A DNA stretch of 64,000 nt, from positions 18,290,001 through 18,354,000 of the forward strand of contig OX597820.1 in assembly GCA_951406725.2 (NCBI GenBank), written 5' to 3'. The position numbers were made by a program, and so were the translations under genes. The stretch's first letter is position 1, and every line of letters starts with the position of its first letter. Below the pieces are notes generated by a model that had not been told where the DNA came from, searched no databases, and was given only the letters and a program-made list of their open reading frames with translations. Shown in pieces: positions 10,819 to 23,474 of the stretch. This stretch comes from Octopus vulgaris. Lineage: Eukaryota.

Positions 10819-12102
10819 AACACCTTTTGTTTTAAATTTTCATTTAAACTTATTGATTGCTGCAATTTCTTCATTCTTTAAAAATTCTTTGACTAGTTCC
10901 AGCCAGTGGGCCACGACCATACTAGGGCACTGCAATCATATTGGGACACAGCCATCATACTTGGATTCTGCCAGCAGAACGGGGCACTGCCAAAATTGTA
11001 AACTTTTCTCATGTCACTTCACATTGATATTTTGTTTTAAACTTTACGTTATAAAATATTCCATTGTAATATTGTCATGAAAAAAAATAACTCATTGCAA
11101 ACTTTACATTGTAAATTTTAACTTTAAAATTTTCTTTGTTAACTTTGCAATGTATGTTTTCATGGTAAATTTTTTTTCTATTCAAAACTTTTGAAGCCAA
11201 AATTTTTCATTTTAAACTTTACGTTCAAACTTTTTGTCCTTGCTAAACTATCTAATTTTAAATTTTTTCATTGTAAACTCTTCAATATAAATTTCCAATG
11301 CAAAATTTTTCACTTAGAATTTTTCATCGTAAATTTTTTCCTTCTAGAATATTCTTCCCAAACATTCTATTTCAAAGTATTTTTTAACCTAAACTTATTT
11401 AATTTTGAAATATAAAAGAAATCATTATTCAAAGCAGTTCAATTCTCTTCTTTTCTTTTAGCATTTATTTGTTTCAGTCTCTGGACAGAGGCCAAGCTGG
11501 AGCACTGCTGTAAAGGGTTTTAGCCAAACAAATCAACCCCAACACTTATATTTCTTTATAGTCTGCTACTTGCTCTATCAGTCTCTTTAGCTGAACTGCT
11601 AAGTTACAAGGAGACAAACAAATCAATCTCAGTTCTTATTTTCTGAAGTTTGCTACTTGTTCTATCAGTTCTTTTAGCTGAATTACCAAGTCACAAGGAT
11701 GTAAACAAACCAACAGCAGCTGTCAGGCAGTGGTGGTGGGGACGATTAGGCAGTCCCTTAGTCATCTCTATCCTGATATCAGAATTTTTTAGTTGACTGA
11801 AATGACCCCAGTACGGTTTAAAGCCTGATGCTTATTTTATTAGCCTCTTTTGCCCAATGGCTAAGTTATGGGGTGGTAAAAAAACACTGGTTGTCAAGCA
11901 GAAGTGGGGACAAACACTGACACAAAGACACACATGGAGTGGTTGGCATTAGGAAGGGCATCCAGCCGTAAAATCCCTTCCAAAACACACACACAGTAGC
12001 CTAGGGTAGGTTTTCTACCTGGCCAGCTCCTATAAACCATCCTACCCATACATGCATAGAAGATGAATGGTAAACAATGATGATGACAATGATGATGATA
12101 TA

Positions 12103-12265
12103 TAGGTGCAGGAGCGGCTGTGTGGTAAGTAGCTTGCTTCCCAACCTCATGGTTCCGGGTTCAGTTCCATTGTGTGGCACCTTGGCCAAGTGTCTTCTAC
12201 TATAGTGTCAGGCCAACCAAAGCATTGTAAATGGATTTGGTAGACAGAAACTGAAAGAAGCCTGT
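12103..12265 (+). mobile_element. Family-B SINE 5' half
   Basis: AGGTGCAGGAGCGGCTGTGTGGTAAGTAGC ... GAAACTGAAAGAAGCCTG. Confidence 0.82.
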
Positions 12266-12504
12266 TGTTTTGAAAACAGGGGACAACTGATGAAGGGATT
12301 GTTCTTTATGTTACCTGTCTTGTTTCTCTATTTGTTTTATTTGTTGTCTGGAAAAAGTTTGTTTTCCATGTTTTTTGTTTTTTTTATGCTTTCAATTTTC
12401 TTTTTGTTCATGTTTTGTTGATATTCTGTACCAATATATGCATGTATATATATATGCATATATATGTAGGTATGTACATATATGTGTGTCTACATGCATA
12501 TATA

Positions 12505-12931
12505 CTCTTTTACTCTTTTACTTCTTTCTGTCATTTGACTGCGGCCCTGCTGAAGCACCGCCTTTAGTCAAGCAAATCAACCACAGGACATATTCTTTGT
12601 AAGCCTAGTACTTATTCTATTGGTCTCTTTTGCTGAACCACTAAGTTACAGGGACATAAACACACCAGCATCGATTGTCAAGCGATGTTGGGGGGGGGGG
12701 GACAAACACAGATACACAAACATATACACACACATATACATATATATATATATATAGATATATATATATACATATATACGACAGGCTTCTTTCAGTTTCT
12801 GTCCACCAAATCCACTCACTAGGCTTTGGTCAACCCGAGGCTATAGTAGAAGACACTTGCCCAAGGTGCCACACAGTGACTGAACCTGGAACCATGTGGT
12901 TCGTAAGCAAGCTACTTACCACACAGCCACT

Positions 12932-12933
<2 letters not shown>
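12505..12933 (-). mobile_element. Family-B SINE, full length
   Basis: Reverse complement of the consensus, tail to head. Confidence 0.87.
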
Positions 12934-12994
<61 letters not shown>

Positions 12995-12998
<4 letters not shown>

Positions 12999-13223
12999 TT
13001 ATGTGTGTGTCTGTCTTTGTGCCTGTGTTTGTTCCCCCCACCATTGCTTGATAACCAATGCTGGTGTGTTTACATCCCTGTAACTTAGCAGTTAAACAAA
13101 AAAAAACTGATAGAATAAATATTAGGCTTACAAAGAATACGTTCCGGGGTTGATTTGTTCCACTAAAATCCTTCTAAGGTGGTGCCCCAGCATGGCTTCA
13201 GACGAATGATTGAAAGAATAAAA

Positions 13224-13228
<5 letters not shown>
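12995..13228 (+). mobile_element. Family-B SINE 3' half
   Basis: CCATTGCTTGATAACCAATGCTGGTGTGTTTACATCCC ... GGTGGTGCCCCAGCATGGC ... AAAGAATAAAAGAATA. Confidence 0.78.
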
Positions 13229-13275
<47 letters not shown>

Positions 13276-13278
13276 TTG

Positions 13279-13398
13279 ACAGAGTTGACAGCAAGAATGG
13301 GATATGGTCACAGAAAAATCTGTGTCAAAAAATTCCAGCTGGAATTTTTTGACACAGATTTTTCTGTGACCGTATCCCATTCTTGCAGTCAACTCTGT
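13279..13398. repeat. 120-bp loopless palindrome (60-bp arms, 2 mismatches)
   Basis: ACAGAGTTGACAGCAAGAATGGGATATGGTCACAGAAAAATCTGTGTCAAAAAATTCCAG|CTGGAATTTTTTGACACAGATTTTTCTGTGACCGTATCCCATTCTTGCAGTCAACTCTGT. Confidence 0.95.
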
Positions 13399-13554
13399 TC
13401 CCAAGCAAGGTAATATTTTCCCAAGGCCAGACATGCTTTTCATGGAAGACTAGAAGCAAACAACCTCACTTGTATGGTGGTGATGCTCATTTACAACCAT
13501 CGCATGATGTCAAAACAAGGGTACACACAAACTCGTACACACATATACATACAT

Positions 13555-13621
13555 AGAAATAGATAGATAGATAAATTGGTAGACAGATATGCAGACAGAC
13601 AGATAGATACATAGAGAGAAG

Positions 13622-13681
<60 letters not shown>

Positions 13682-13771
13682 TGTAGGTAGAGAGAAAGAC
13701 AGACAGACAGATAGATATTGTAGGAAGGTAGGTAAGTAGGTAGGTAGACAGACAGACAGACAGACTGACAA

Positions 13772-13831
<60 letters not shown>

Positions 13832-13870
13832 ATAGATATATAGATAGATAGACAGACAGACAGACAGATA
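13555..13870. repeat. (GATA)n/(GACA)n tetranucleotide microsatellite
   Basis: Directly visible. Confidence 0.95.
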
Positions 13871-14608
13871 AATATGGATGTGTTCCTTTCCACTCACAGT
13901 ATTAGGTCAACCCTGGGCTATAAGTAGATTTTTGCCCAAGGTGCCATGCAATGAGATTGAACCCAAGACCACACAGTTGGAAAACAAGCTTCTAAATCCC
14001 ACAGCCTCACTTGTGCTTATTTCCTGAAATTTATTCAATTCTCAAACATTTTGAAACTGTGATTTATGTTCATGAGTTCAATCAGTGGCTGGTCCCCCCA
14101 CTTTACAAAATTTAATTCCATTGTATTCAAATACATTCTTTTATCAAGTTTATATTTATTCACAAACGAAATTTAATAATCCCAGTTACTAATTTCATTA
14201 TCTTAGTCATTTCTTAGATATTTTAATCATGCCGTTTGCAAAGCTTTCCTCTGTGATTTCTATTCTAATTTCTACCATTCTTTCTGAATAAAGAATTCTT
14301 TGGTTCCAAATTTCTTCGATTCAGCTTCAACTTAATGACCTGCCGTAAATGCATAATAGACATCATCATGTCTGTAGACTGCCCAGTCCAAAGCAAGTTC
14401 TCAGTTACATGATTTTTGTAGATGCATTTCATCTCGTTTGATAAAATAAGCAGATGCATCGTCATCATAAATATATTTATCCTCTAAACAATTGTGTTTT
14501 CTCAAGTCAAACAGCAGATAGTCTGGACAAGGGGGTGGAGGGGACAAACACAAGCACAAACATGCAAACATACCTACACACACACACACACACATGCACA
14601 CATATATC

Positions 14609-15068
14609 GAAATCAAATTTGATGACTGGCATCCATGCTAGTGGAGTGCTAGGAGCACCATCTGAGCTTGATCGTTGCCAGAGCAGTTAACTGGCTTCCG
14701 TGCCGGTGGCATGTAAAAAGCACCATTCGAGCATGATTGTTACCTGCGTCGCCTTACCGGCACGTGAAAAAACATTCGAGCGAGGTCGTTGCCAGTGCTG
14801 CTGGACTGACTCCTGTGCAGGTGCCGTGTAAAAAACGCCATTTGAGTGTGGCCGTTGCCAGTACCGCCTAACTGGCCCTCGTGCCGGTGGCATGTAAAAG
14901 CACCCACTACACTCTCGGAGTGGTTGGCATTAGGAAGGGCATCCAGCTGTAGAAATTCTGCCAGATCAGACTGGAGCCTGGTGCAGCCATCTGGCTCACC
15001 AATCCTCAGTAAAATCGTCTCAACCCATGCTAGCATGGAAAGCAGACATTAAACAATGATGATGATGA
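14609..15068 (+). mobile_element. Family-E element with internal tandem units and (GAT)n tail
   Basis: Colinear with 5312-5793 from CAAATTTGATGACTGGC to CCCATGCTAGCATGGAAAGCAGACATTAAACAATGATGATG. Confidence 0.82.
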
Positions 15069-15100
15069 TATATATGTATGTATATGTATATATACATATT

Positions 15101-15765
15101 CAGGGTGTGATGGGCAAATTGTTGCCGTTTAATTTTGCGCATGTACATTGTTTGTTTTTGATTTTTTTTTACTACACAGTATAGTAGGGTTAGTTGGGCA
15201 CTGTCTGTGAGAAAAACAGGACCATGATGCAATTCACTCTGCCAGAAATTTGGAAACAACATGCTGTACTGCTTGGTATTTGTGCCAGAAGCTGCAATAC
15301 AAACATTTCAGAGTGTTTGGGTGTCAATCTGAGGATAGTGCAGAGGATTTGGGAAGAGTTGGATGAATCTAATGGTGGTTATGATGGTATGCCAACTTGG
15401 ATCGTTCTGATGAGGAAAGAACTTCTGGTTTTGTTGGTGAGATCCCGGCCATGATTGACAACGATCCCTCCAAGTCAATCAGGTCCATTGCCAGGGACAT
15501 AGGAGTGTCTGAGTTCCTTATCAGGTAGTCAGTGCATGAAGACATTCAGTATTCCTCATACAAGGTGAGAAAGGGATAATTTTTTACCCAAGCCACTTAA
15601 TACAAGAGGAAAGACCATGCTAAGAAGATTTTTGAACAAACTCAAGCATCCCCCTCCAACCGAACATGCTTTAGTTTTTCTCAGAAGAGAAAAATTTCTG
15701 CCAGGATCAGATGGTGAACACATTGAACAAACTGATGGCTTGCCGTGTCCCCAAATATGTACAAA
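15101..15765 (+). pseudogene. Tc1/mariner superfamily (DD37D/maT-like) transposon, left end and N-terminal transposase relic
   Basis: Starts CAGGGTGTG (TIR-like). Translation across lesions: MMQFTLPEIWKQHAVLLG...NISECLGVNLRIVQRI (HTH), MIDNDPSKSIRSIARDIGVSEFLIR..VHEDIQYSSYKVRKG (second HTH), FFSEEKNFCQDQMVN...WLAVSP (first catalytic-D region, FSDEK-like). Confidence 0.8.
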
Positions 15766-15782
15766 CATCCATCATCCCTTGA

Positions 15783-16392
15783 AAACCGGTGTTGTTGTGT
15801 TTATGTCCACATAAATTAGTGGCTTGGCAAAAGAGACCAATAGAATAAGGATTAGGCTTTAAAAATAAGTCCTGGGGTGAATATATTTGACAAAAATCCT
15901 TCAAGGAAGTGCCCCAGCATGGCTGCAGTCAAATAACTGAAACAAGTAAAAGAATAAAAGAATACTTATATATTCTTTTATTCTTTTATTTACTCTTTTA
16001 CTCTTTTACTTGTTTCACATTTGACTGCGGCCATGCTGGAGCACCGCCTTTACTGGAGCAAATCGAACCCAGGACTTGTTCTTTGTAAGCCTAGTACTTA
16101 TTCTATAGGTCTCTTTTGTCAAACTGCTAAGTTACGAGGATGTAAACACACCAACATCAGTTGTCAAGCGATGGTGGGGGGACAGAACCAGAAACACGCA
16201 CAAATGCACACACATACACACACACATACGACAGGCTTCTTTCAGTTTCCGTCTACCAAATCCACTCACAAGGCTTTGTTCGGCCCAAGGCTATAGTAGA
16301 AGACACTTGCCCATGATACCACACAGTGGGACTGAACCCAGAACTATTTGGTTGGTAAGCAAGCTACTTACCACATAGCAATTCCTGCACCT
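15783..16392. mobile_element. Two family-B SINEs tail-to-tail: 3' half on + (15783-15964) and a full copy on - (15975-16392)
   Basis: Tails AAGTAAAAGAATAAAAGAATA and TATTCTTTTATTCTTTTA face each other across about 6 nt. Confidence 0.85.
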
Positions 16393-16578
16393 ATATATAT
16401 ATATATATTGTGAAGTATATTTGCTACTTAAATGTGGCTAACCCTTAAGGATGGATGCTACTGTAGCTTGTAGTCCCAGGAGGACACCTCCTCCAGCTGG
16501 CTATTGACACACTTTCTGTGCCCTATCAGTATTTACAAAGGGAAACCATCCTTCCAATCCTATACATACACACACACT

Positions 16579-16634
<56 letters not shown>

Positions 16635-17699
16635 TACACACACATATATAAATATGTATATACACACATACATGAGGGGTTTCCACACAAATTCCATCAA
16701 CCAATTATTGGTTGGCCTAGGACTATAGAAGACACTTACTTGCCCCAGGCACTGCATAATGGGTCTGAACCCACAGCCAAAGGATTACAAAACAAGCTTC
16801 CTACCCACACAGCCATTACTACTTTTAAAACTTCTTACTGGCTGACGAGCATCTTCCTCCGACTTCTCACAGAATCGTCTCAGATGGCTTTAAAAAAAAA
16901 ATAACATTTTGGAAGAAACTGAGGTCTGTTGCAGTGTAGAGACAAAGTGACTGTTTTGTATAAACAATATTTTGGGGAAAAGTGGGGGGGGGGGGATTTT
17001 GTTTTTTTCTTTCTGATAATTGGGTCTGTTTTAGAAGAAAGAATGCAGGGTTTAAAATCCCTCCAAAGTATCCAATTTCTTTCAGGTGCCTTCTAATGCC
17101 ATGACTAGCAACATTTCTTACATAGCTTGTAGCTAAATTCTTTGATAAGGAAGTAAAAGCCTGCTTCCTGTCTTCAGATGAGATTACTTGTTTGTGGGGG
17201 TTTACCCCTTCCCCACCCCTCCGCTCCGTCACACCACCATTGCCACTGTTATCTTTTGAAATTTATGGCTTAATTATTATTTTTTTAATTTTTATGTTTT
17301 TTACTCTTTTCTGCTAGAGTCATTTTTGTTCATCCCTAGGTCAATCCTGACTCAACAAACCTATTATATTAAAGGTATTCCAGCTGTGACCATCCTGACA
17401 GAATAAAAGAAAAAAAACAAAGCAAGTTATCAGAATTCGAATACTTGTAAAATAGCAGATATTTTACAAAATGGTTGTGTGGTAAGAAGCTTGCTTCCCC
17501 AACCAAGACCTTGTGAGTAGATTTGATAGATGGAAACTGAGAGAAGCTCTGCATGGTTATGTGATAAGAAGTTTGCTTCCCAACCAACATGGTTCTGGGT
17601 TCTGGGTTCAACCCCACTGCATGGCACCTTGCACAAATGTCTTCTGTTATAACCTCAGGCTGATCAAAGCCTTGGGAGTGGATTAGGTAGACAGATTTG

Positions 17700-18025
17700 A
17701 GATTTTGACGAGATATCTGTTAATTTTATTTGATTTTGTAGGGTTAGTGTGAGAGGTCAAATCTGGCCAGTTTAAGGATAAAACAGGTAGGACATTTCAG
17801 TTGGATATGGCTAGTTTAACCCTTTAGCATTCAGATTATTCTGTCGAATGTAAGACTTATTTATTCACATTTTGAGTTAATCATGCATTATCTCATAGCT
17901 TTGAGGTTTTGACAAGATAACTGGTAATTTTTAAGATGATATTGTAGGGTTGGAGTGAGAGGCCAGATCTGGTTAGTTTGAACATAAAACAGAATATTTG
18001 AGCCAGATATGGCAGGTTTAAATGT
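17700..18025. mobile_element. piggyBac-like MITE (one near-complete copy from 17817 plus a preceding 3' fragment)
   Basis: TTAA-CCCTTTAGCATTC start at about 17817 (TTAA target followed by CCC). Internal segments are duplicated at 17700-17815, and a related piece lies at about 41355-41420. Confidence 0.55.
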
Positions 18026-18037
18026 GTATACATATGT

Positions 18038-18546
18038 GGAGGCGCAATGGCCCAGTGGTTAGGGCAGAGGACTTGCGGTTGTAGGATCGTGGTTTCGATT
18101 CCCAGACCGGGCATTGTGAGTGTTTATTGAGCAAAAACACTTAAAGCTCCACGAGGCTCTGACAGAGGGTGGTGGTGAACCCTGCTGTACTCTTTCACCA
18201 CAACTTTCTCTCACTCTTTCTTCCTGTTTCTGCTGTACCTGTATTTCAAAAGGCCAGCCTTGCCACACCCTGTGTCATGCTGAATCTCCCCGAGAACTAC
18301 GTTAAGGGGACACGTGTCCGTGGAGTGCTCAGCCACTTGCACGTTAATACATGAGCTGTGATGTCACAGGTGCCAAGCTGTATTGGCCATTGCCTTTCCC
18401 TTGGATAACATCGGTGGCATGGAGAGGGGAGTCTTGGAGGCATGAGCGACTGCTGGTCTTCCATAAACAACCTTAACTGGACTTGTGCTTTGGAGGGTAA
18501 CTTTCTATGTGCAATCCCATTGTCAGTCATGACCGAAGGGGGTCTC
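18038..18546 (+). mobile_element. Chimeric SINE: family-C head and body joined to a family-D 3' half
   Basis: 18038-18350 matches 58572-58948 (reverse); 18355-18546 matches 7130-7318. Possible TSD ACATATGTG at 18030-18038 and 18547-18555. Confidence 0.8.
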
Positions 18547-18561
18547 ACATATGTGTATATT

Positions 18562-18688
18562 CTTTTCTACTCTAGGCACAAGGCTTGAAATTTTGGGGGA
18601 GGGTGCCAGTCAATTAGATCGACCCCAGTATGCAACTGGTACTTAATTTATTGATCCCAAAAGGATAAAAGGCAAAGTCGACCTCAGT
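18562..18688 (-). mobile_element. Family-A SINE 3' part
   Basis: CTTTTCTACTCTAGGCACAAGG ... AAAGGCAAAGTCGACCTC. Confidence 0.8.
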
Positions 18689-18814
18689 GCACGTATTGCA
18701 TGTGTAGGTGCATATGTTTGTATGTGTGCATGCATTGTTGTACATATATAAGCATATAAATGTCTATTCTTTAGTTGCACCAAATTTTTCTCCTCTTTTT
18801 TCTCATTTCTGTCA

Positions 18815-18902
18815 ACACCACTACCATTACTACCACCTACACAATCTATACCACTACCACTACCACTACCATAACAACAACAACAACGACAACAAGAACA
18901 AG

Positions 18903-18936
<34 letters not shown>

Positions 18937-19075
18937 CGACCACCGCCACCACAACCACCAGCAACAACAACAATAACAACACTACCACTACCAGCACCAC
19001 CGCAACCACCAACAGCAACAATAACAACACTGCCACCACCACCACCACCACCACTGCTGCTATTACTATTACCCT
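18815..19075. repeat. CAC/CAA/TAC trinucleotide microsatellite
   Basis: Directly visible. Confidence 0.9.
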
Positions 19076-19513
19076 CACCAAAGAAAGGAAGAAAGGAAGA
19101 GAGGAAGAAGGAGAAAGGGAAAAGAAAAAAATCTTGGAAAGGAAACTAACAAACAAACAAACAAATCAAAGGATATAGACATAAATAAATAAATAAACAA
19201 ACAAACAAGCAAATGAATGAATAAAAAGGTTGAAGGGACTGCACTGTTTACATGCAAGGGTGTAGGAACACAGAACAACAACAACAGCAACAACAACAAC
19301 GAAACTAAGATAACAATCTAATTTAAAAGTACATCTCAACCTCTCAAATTCCACCTTGGAAGAGAGAGAGAATAGGGGAAAGAAAAAAAAAGAAAGAAAA
19401 AGAAAAATATCAGCTACCCTAATACCTTTAATATACATATATGTGTGTGTGTGTGTGTGTGTGTATATACACATATAAATGTATGTATATATATGTATGT
19501 ATACATATATATT

Positions 19514-19581
<68 letters not shown>

Positions 19582-19585
19582 AGTG

Positions 19586-19638
<53 letters not shown>

Positions 19639-20180
19639 CTATACAAAAAGGAATATAAAAATGAGACAAGAACGCAAAACATCCAGACAGATGATACAAA
19701 AGCAGGACAAAAAAAAACAAAGATGGGTCATTTGGAGCTTTCTTTCTTCAGTCGAGTTCCAGATTATCTTTGCAGTTTCGGCTGGTTATACTCAAGATTG
19801 CTCCAATCTGGCCAGTTCCAAGGAAAAACTAAGCTAAGAACACTAGATTCCTTGGAAGAAAGCAGCAAATGTATACGAAAACAAAGATGGAAAAAAAACG
19901 GAGAAATGGTACACAAATACAAATGCAAATACCATATATATGATTGACCACTAACTCCAAAAGTCTTTCTTACTCTCTCACTGTTTATTTCCTCAATTAT
20001 TTCCTTTCTCTATTTATTTCCTGTTGAAGAGCATAGGCCTGAAATGTAAAAGACTTTCTCACCTTCCCGAGCATTAAACAAATACACCTGCTTGTTGCTT
20101 ATACAGCTATCTTCATCATTTGTTTCTCTGTAAATTTCAACTATATATATATATATTCACATTTGTATATATGTCCATAT

Positions 20181-20667
<487 letters not shown>

Positions 20668-21111
20668 CTTTTATCTTTTACTTGTTTCAGTCATTGGACG
20701 ATGGCCATGCTGAGGCACTGCCTTGAAGACATTTTTAATCAAATAAATCAACCTCAGTACTTTTTTTGTTTTTATTTTTAAATCTGCTACTTAGTCTATC
20801 AATCTCTTTTGCTGAACTGCTAATATTATGAGAACATAAAAACACTAATACTGGTTGTCAAGTTGTGGTTAGGAGATAAACATAGGCACACACACACAAA
20901 CATAATTTTATATATATAAATATATATAATTGTTAAAGATGACAATGATATATCCACTGCATCAGAAATCTGCTATGACTCCATAACTCCTGTCTTGGCT
21001 ATAACCTTGGAGCCCAAGTAATCCGTTACAGCACTTACCTAGTGTACTTAATTGTTTACATCACCTGTGAATTAAATCCCATATTTTGTATAAATGCACT
21101 CACACACACAG

Positions 21112-21171
<60 letters not shown>

Positions 21172-21309
21172 GCATACACACACAGAAACACAACACGCAT
21201 ACAGAGGCACACAAACAGACACACACAGACACTCACACACAGGTGCATACACACACAGAAACACACACAGAGGCTCACACACACACATACATACACACAC
21301 TCTCACACG

Positions 21310-21615
21310 CAAAAGTTAAAGAATGGAGTGGATAAAATCCGAGTTACATATGTTTCAGGATGAGCCAAACCTCAGAAGTGGCAAGCATCCAAGCGAGGTG
21401 TATGCCACAGGCTTACTCTTCAGGCTAAGGGTATCTTAATTATATGAAATTTACATTGTCGTTAGGAGGCACATGCTGACACAGGCTTCTTCCAGTTTCC
21501 ATCTACCAAATCCATTCACAAGACTTTGGTCAGTCCAAGGCTGTAGCAGAAGACTTCTTACCACATAACCATGCCTACATCTTTCTCTTTACATATATAC
21601 ATGGGTGCACATGCA

Positions 21616-21652
<37 letters not shown>

Positions 21653-21955
21653 TCACATACTCACACACACACGAGTTAAAGAATGGAGTGGATAAAATCC
21701 AAGTCACATATGTTTCATAACAAGCCAAACCTCAGAAGTGGTAAGTATCCAAGCGATACTCTTCATGCTAAGGGTATCTTAATTATATGAAGTTTACATT
21801 GTTGTTAGGAGGCACATGCTAACACAGGCTTCTTTCGGTTTCCATCTGCCAAATCCATTCACAAGATTTTGGTCAGACCAAGGCTGTAGTAGAAGACTTC
21901 TTACCACATAACCATGCCTACATCTTTCTCTTTACATATATACACGGGTGCAAAC
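21310..21955. repeat. Local tandem duplication of a ~300-bp segment, bounded by (CA)n tracts
   Basis: AGTTAAAGAATGGAGTGGATAAAATCC ... TACATATATACA(T/C)GGGTGCA occurs at about 21313-21610 and 21674-21952. Confidence 0.85.
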
Positions 21956-22619
21956 AAACTCACACACACACACACACAAATTAGTTAATTAATATAATTT
22001 GTTTTAATATTTTCGTCAGCAAACTTCTGGTTTTCTTTCCCACCTAGCTGACATCATTCCTACCAAACCCTGTCACGTTACCCATTACACTTCATTTAAA
22101 ATATTCCGCTCAATTCACAAACCATTTCAAATTAGTTTTTATTTTCTATCCATTCTAAACGAAGTTCAATCACCATTTGTTTGTTTTTCCCACTTACATT
22201 TCATTGTCTTTGCATGGGCAAATGGTTGCCAAATGAACTTTTTGTTGAAAGGACTTATTGTCAAATGAGCTATTCAACTCGGAAGTAGCATAAAGACCAA
22301 CTTAAATGATATACAAAATATGTAATGTTTATATATAATGTTTTTAAAGGATTTAAGCATTATTCAACTTTATATTTTGTTTATGAATTAATCATTAATA
22401 AATTTTATTGCACAGTTTTGTAGTTTTAGTATAATAATGAAGTGTGTATATCATTGTTATCTCTTGTTTTTAAAATTTTATAACAAAATTTTGTTTTTAT
22501 ATCATTGTAACAAATGTTTTATTTGTATCGTGTATATATCAAATGCTATAGTGATGGAATTTATGTGTGTGTGTTTAGAGATAGGTAGATGGATAATTTC
22601 ACTAAATCAGCCATAAAAT

Positions 22620-23290
22620 TATGTATACGTATGTATGCATGTATGTATGTATGTATGTATGTATGTATGTATGTATGTATGTATGTGTGTATGTGTGTAC
22701 GTATGTATGTGTGTGTATGTTTGTATATGTGTATGTATATTTATGTATGTATGTGTGTATGTGTATGTATATGTATGTATGTAAGTATGTATGCATGTTT
22801 GTATGCTTGTATGGTTGTATGTATGTATGCATGTATGTAAGTATATATGTTTGCATGTATGTATGCATGTATGTAAGTATATATGTTTGCATGTATGTAA
22901 GCATGTATGTATGTATGTATATATGTATGTATGTATGTTGGTATGTATGTATGCTCGTATGTTTGTATGTATGTTTGTATGTATGTTTGTATGTATGCAT
23001 GTATATATGTTTGTATGTATGTATGTATGTATGTTGGTATGTATGCTCGTATGTTTGTATGTATGTATGTATGTAAGTATGTCTGTCTGTCTGTCTGTCT
23101 GTCTGTATGTATGTATGTATGTTTGTATGCATGCTTGTGTGTATGGCTGTATGTATGTATGTTTGTATGCATGTATGTACGTATGTATGTATGTATGTAT
23201 GTATGTATGTATGTATGCTGGTGTGTATGTATGTATGTATGCTTGTATGTATGCTTGTATGTATGCATGTATGTATGCATGTATGTATAC
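22620..23290. repeat. (TATG)n tetranucleotide microsatellite
   Basis: Directly visible. Confidence 0.95.
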
Positions 23291-23474
23291 TGACTGGCTA
23301 TAAAACACACTGGGAAAAGAAGCTAAAACATTTAATGTGGCAAAATGAATTCTGATTGGGGAGATCAAGTGAACAGCTTCAATCATAGAAAGGCAAGTGA
23401 AGTCTACTAAAAGATAGCAATTCTACAAATTTGAACCAATCAAAATCACAGAATTGCATTTTAAACAATTCTTT

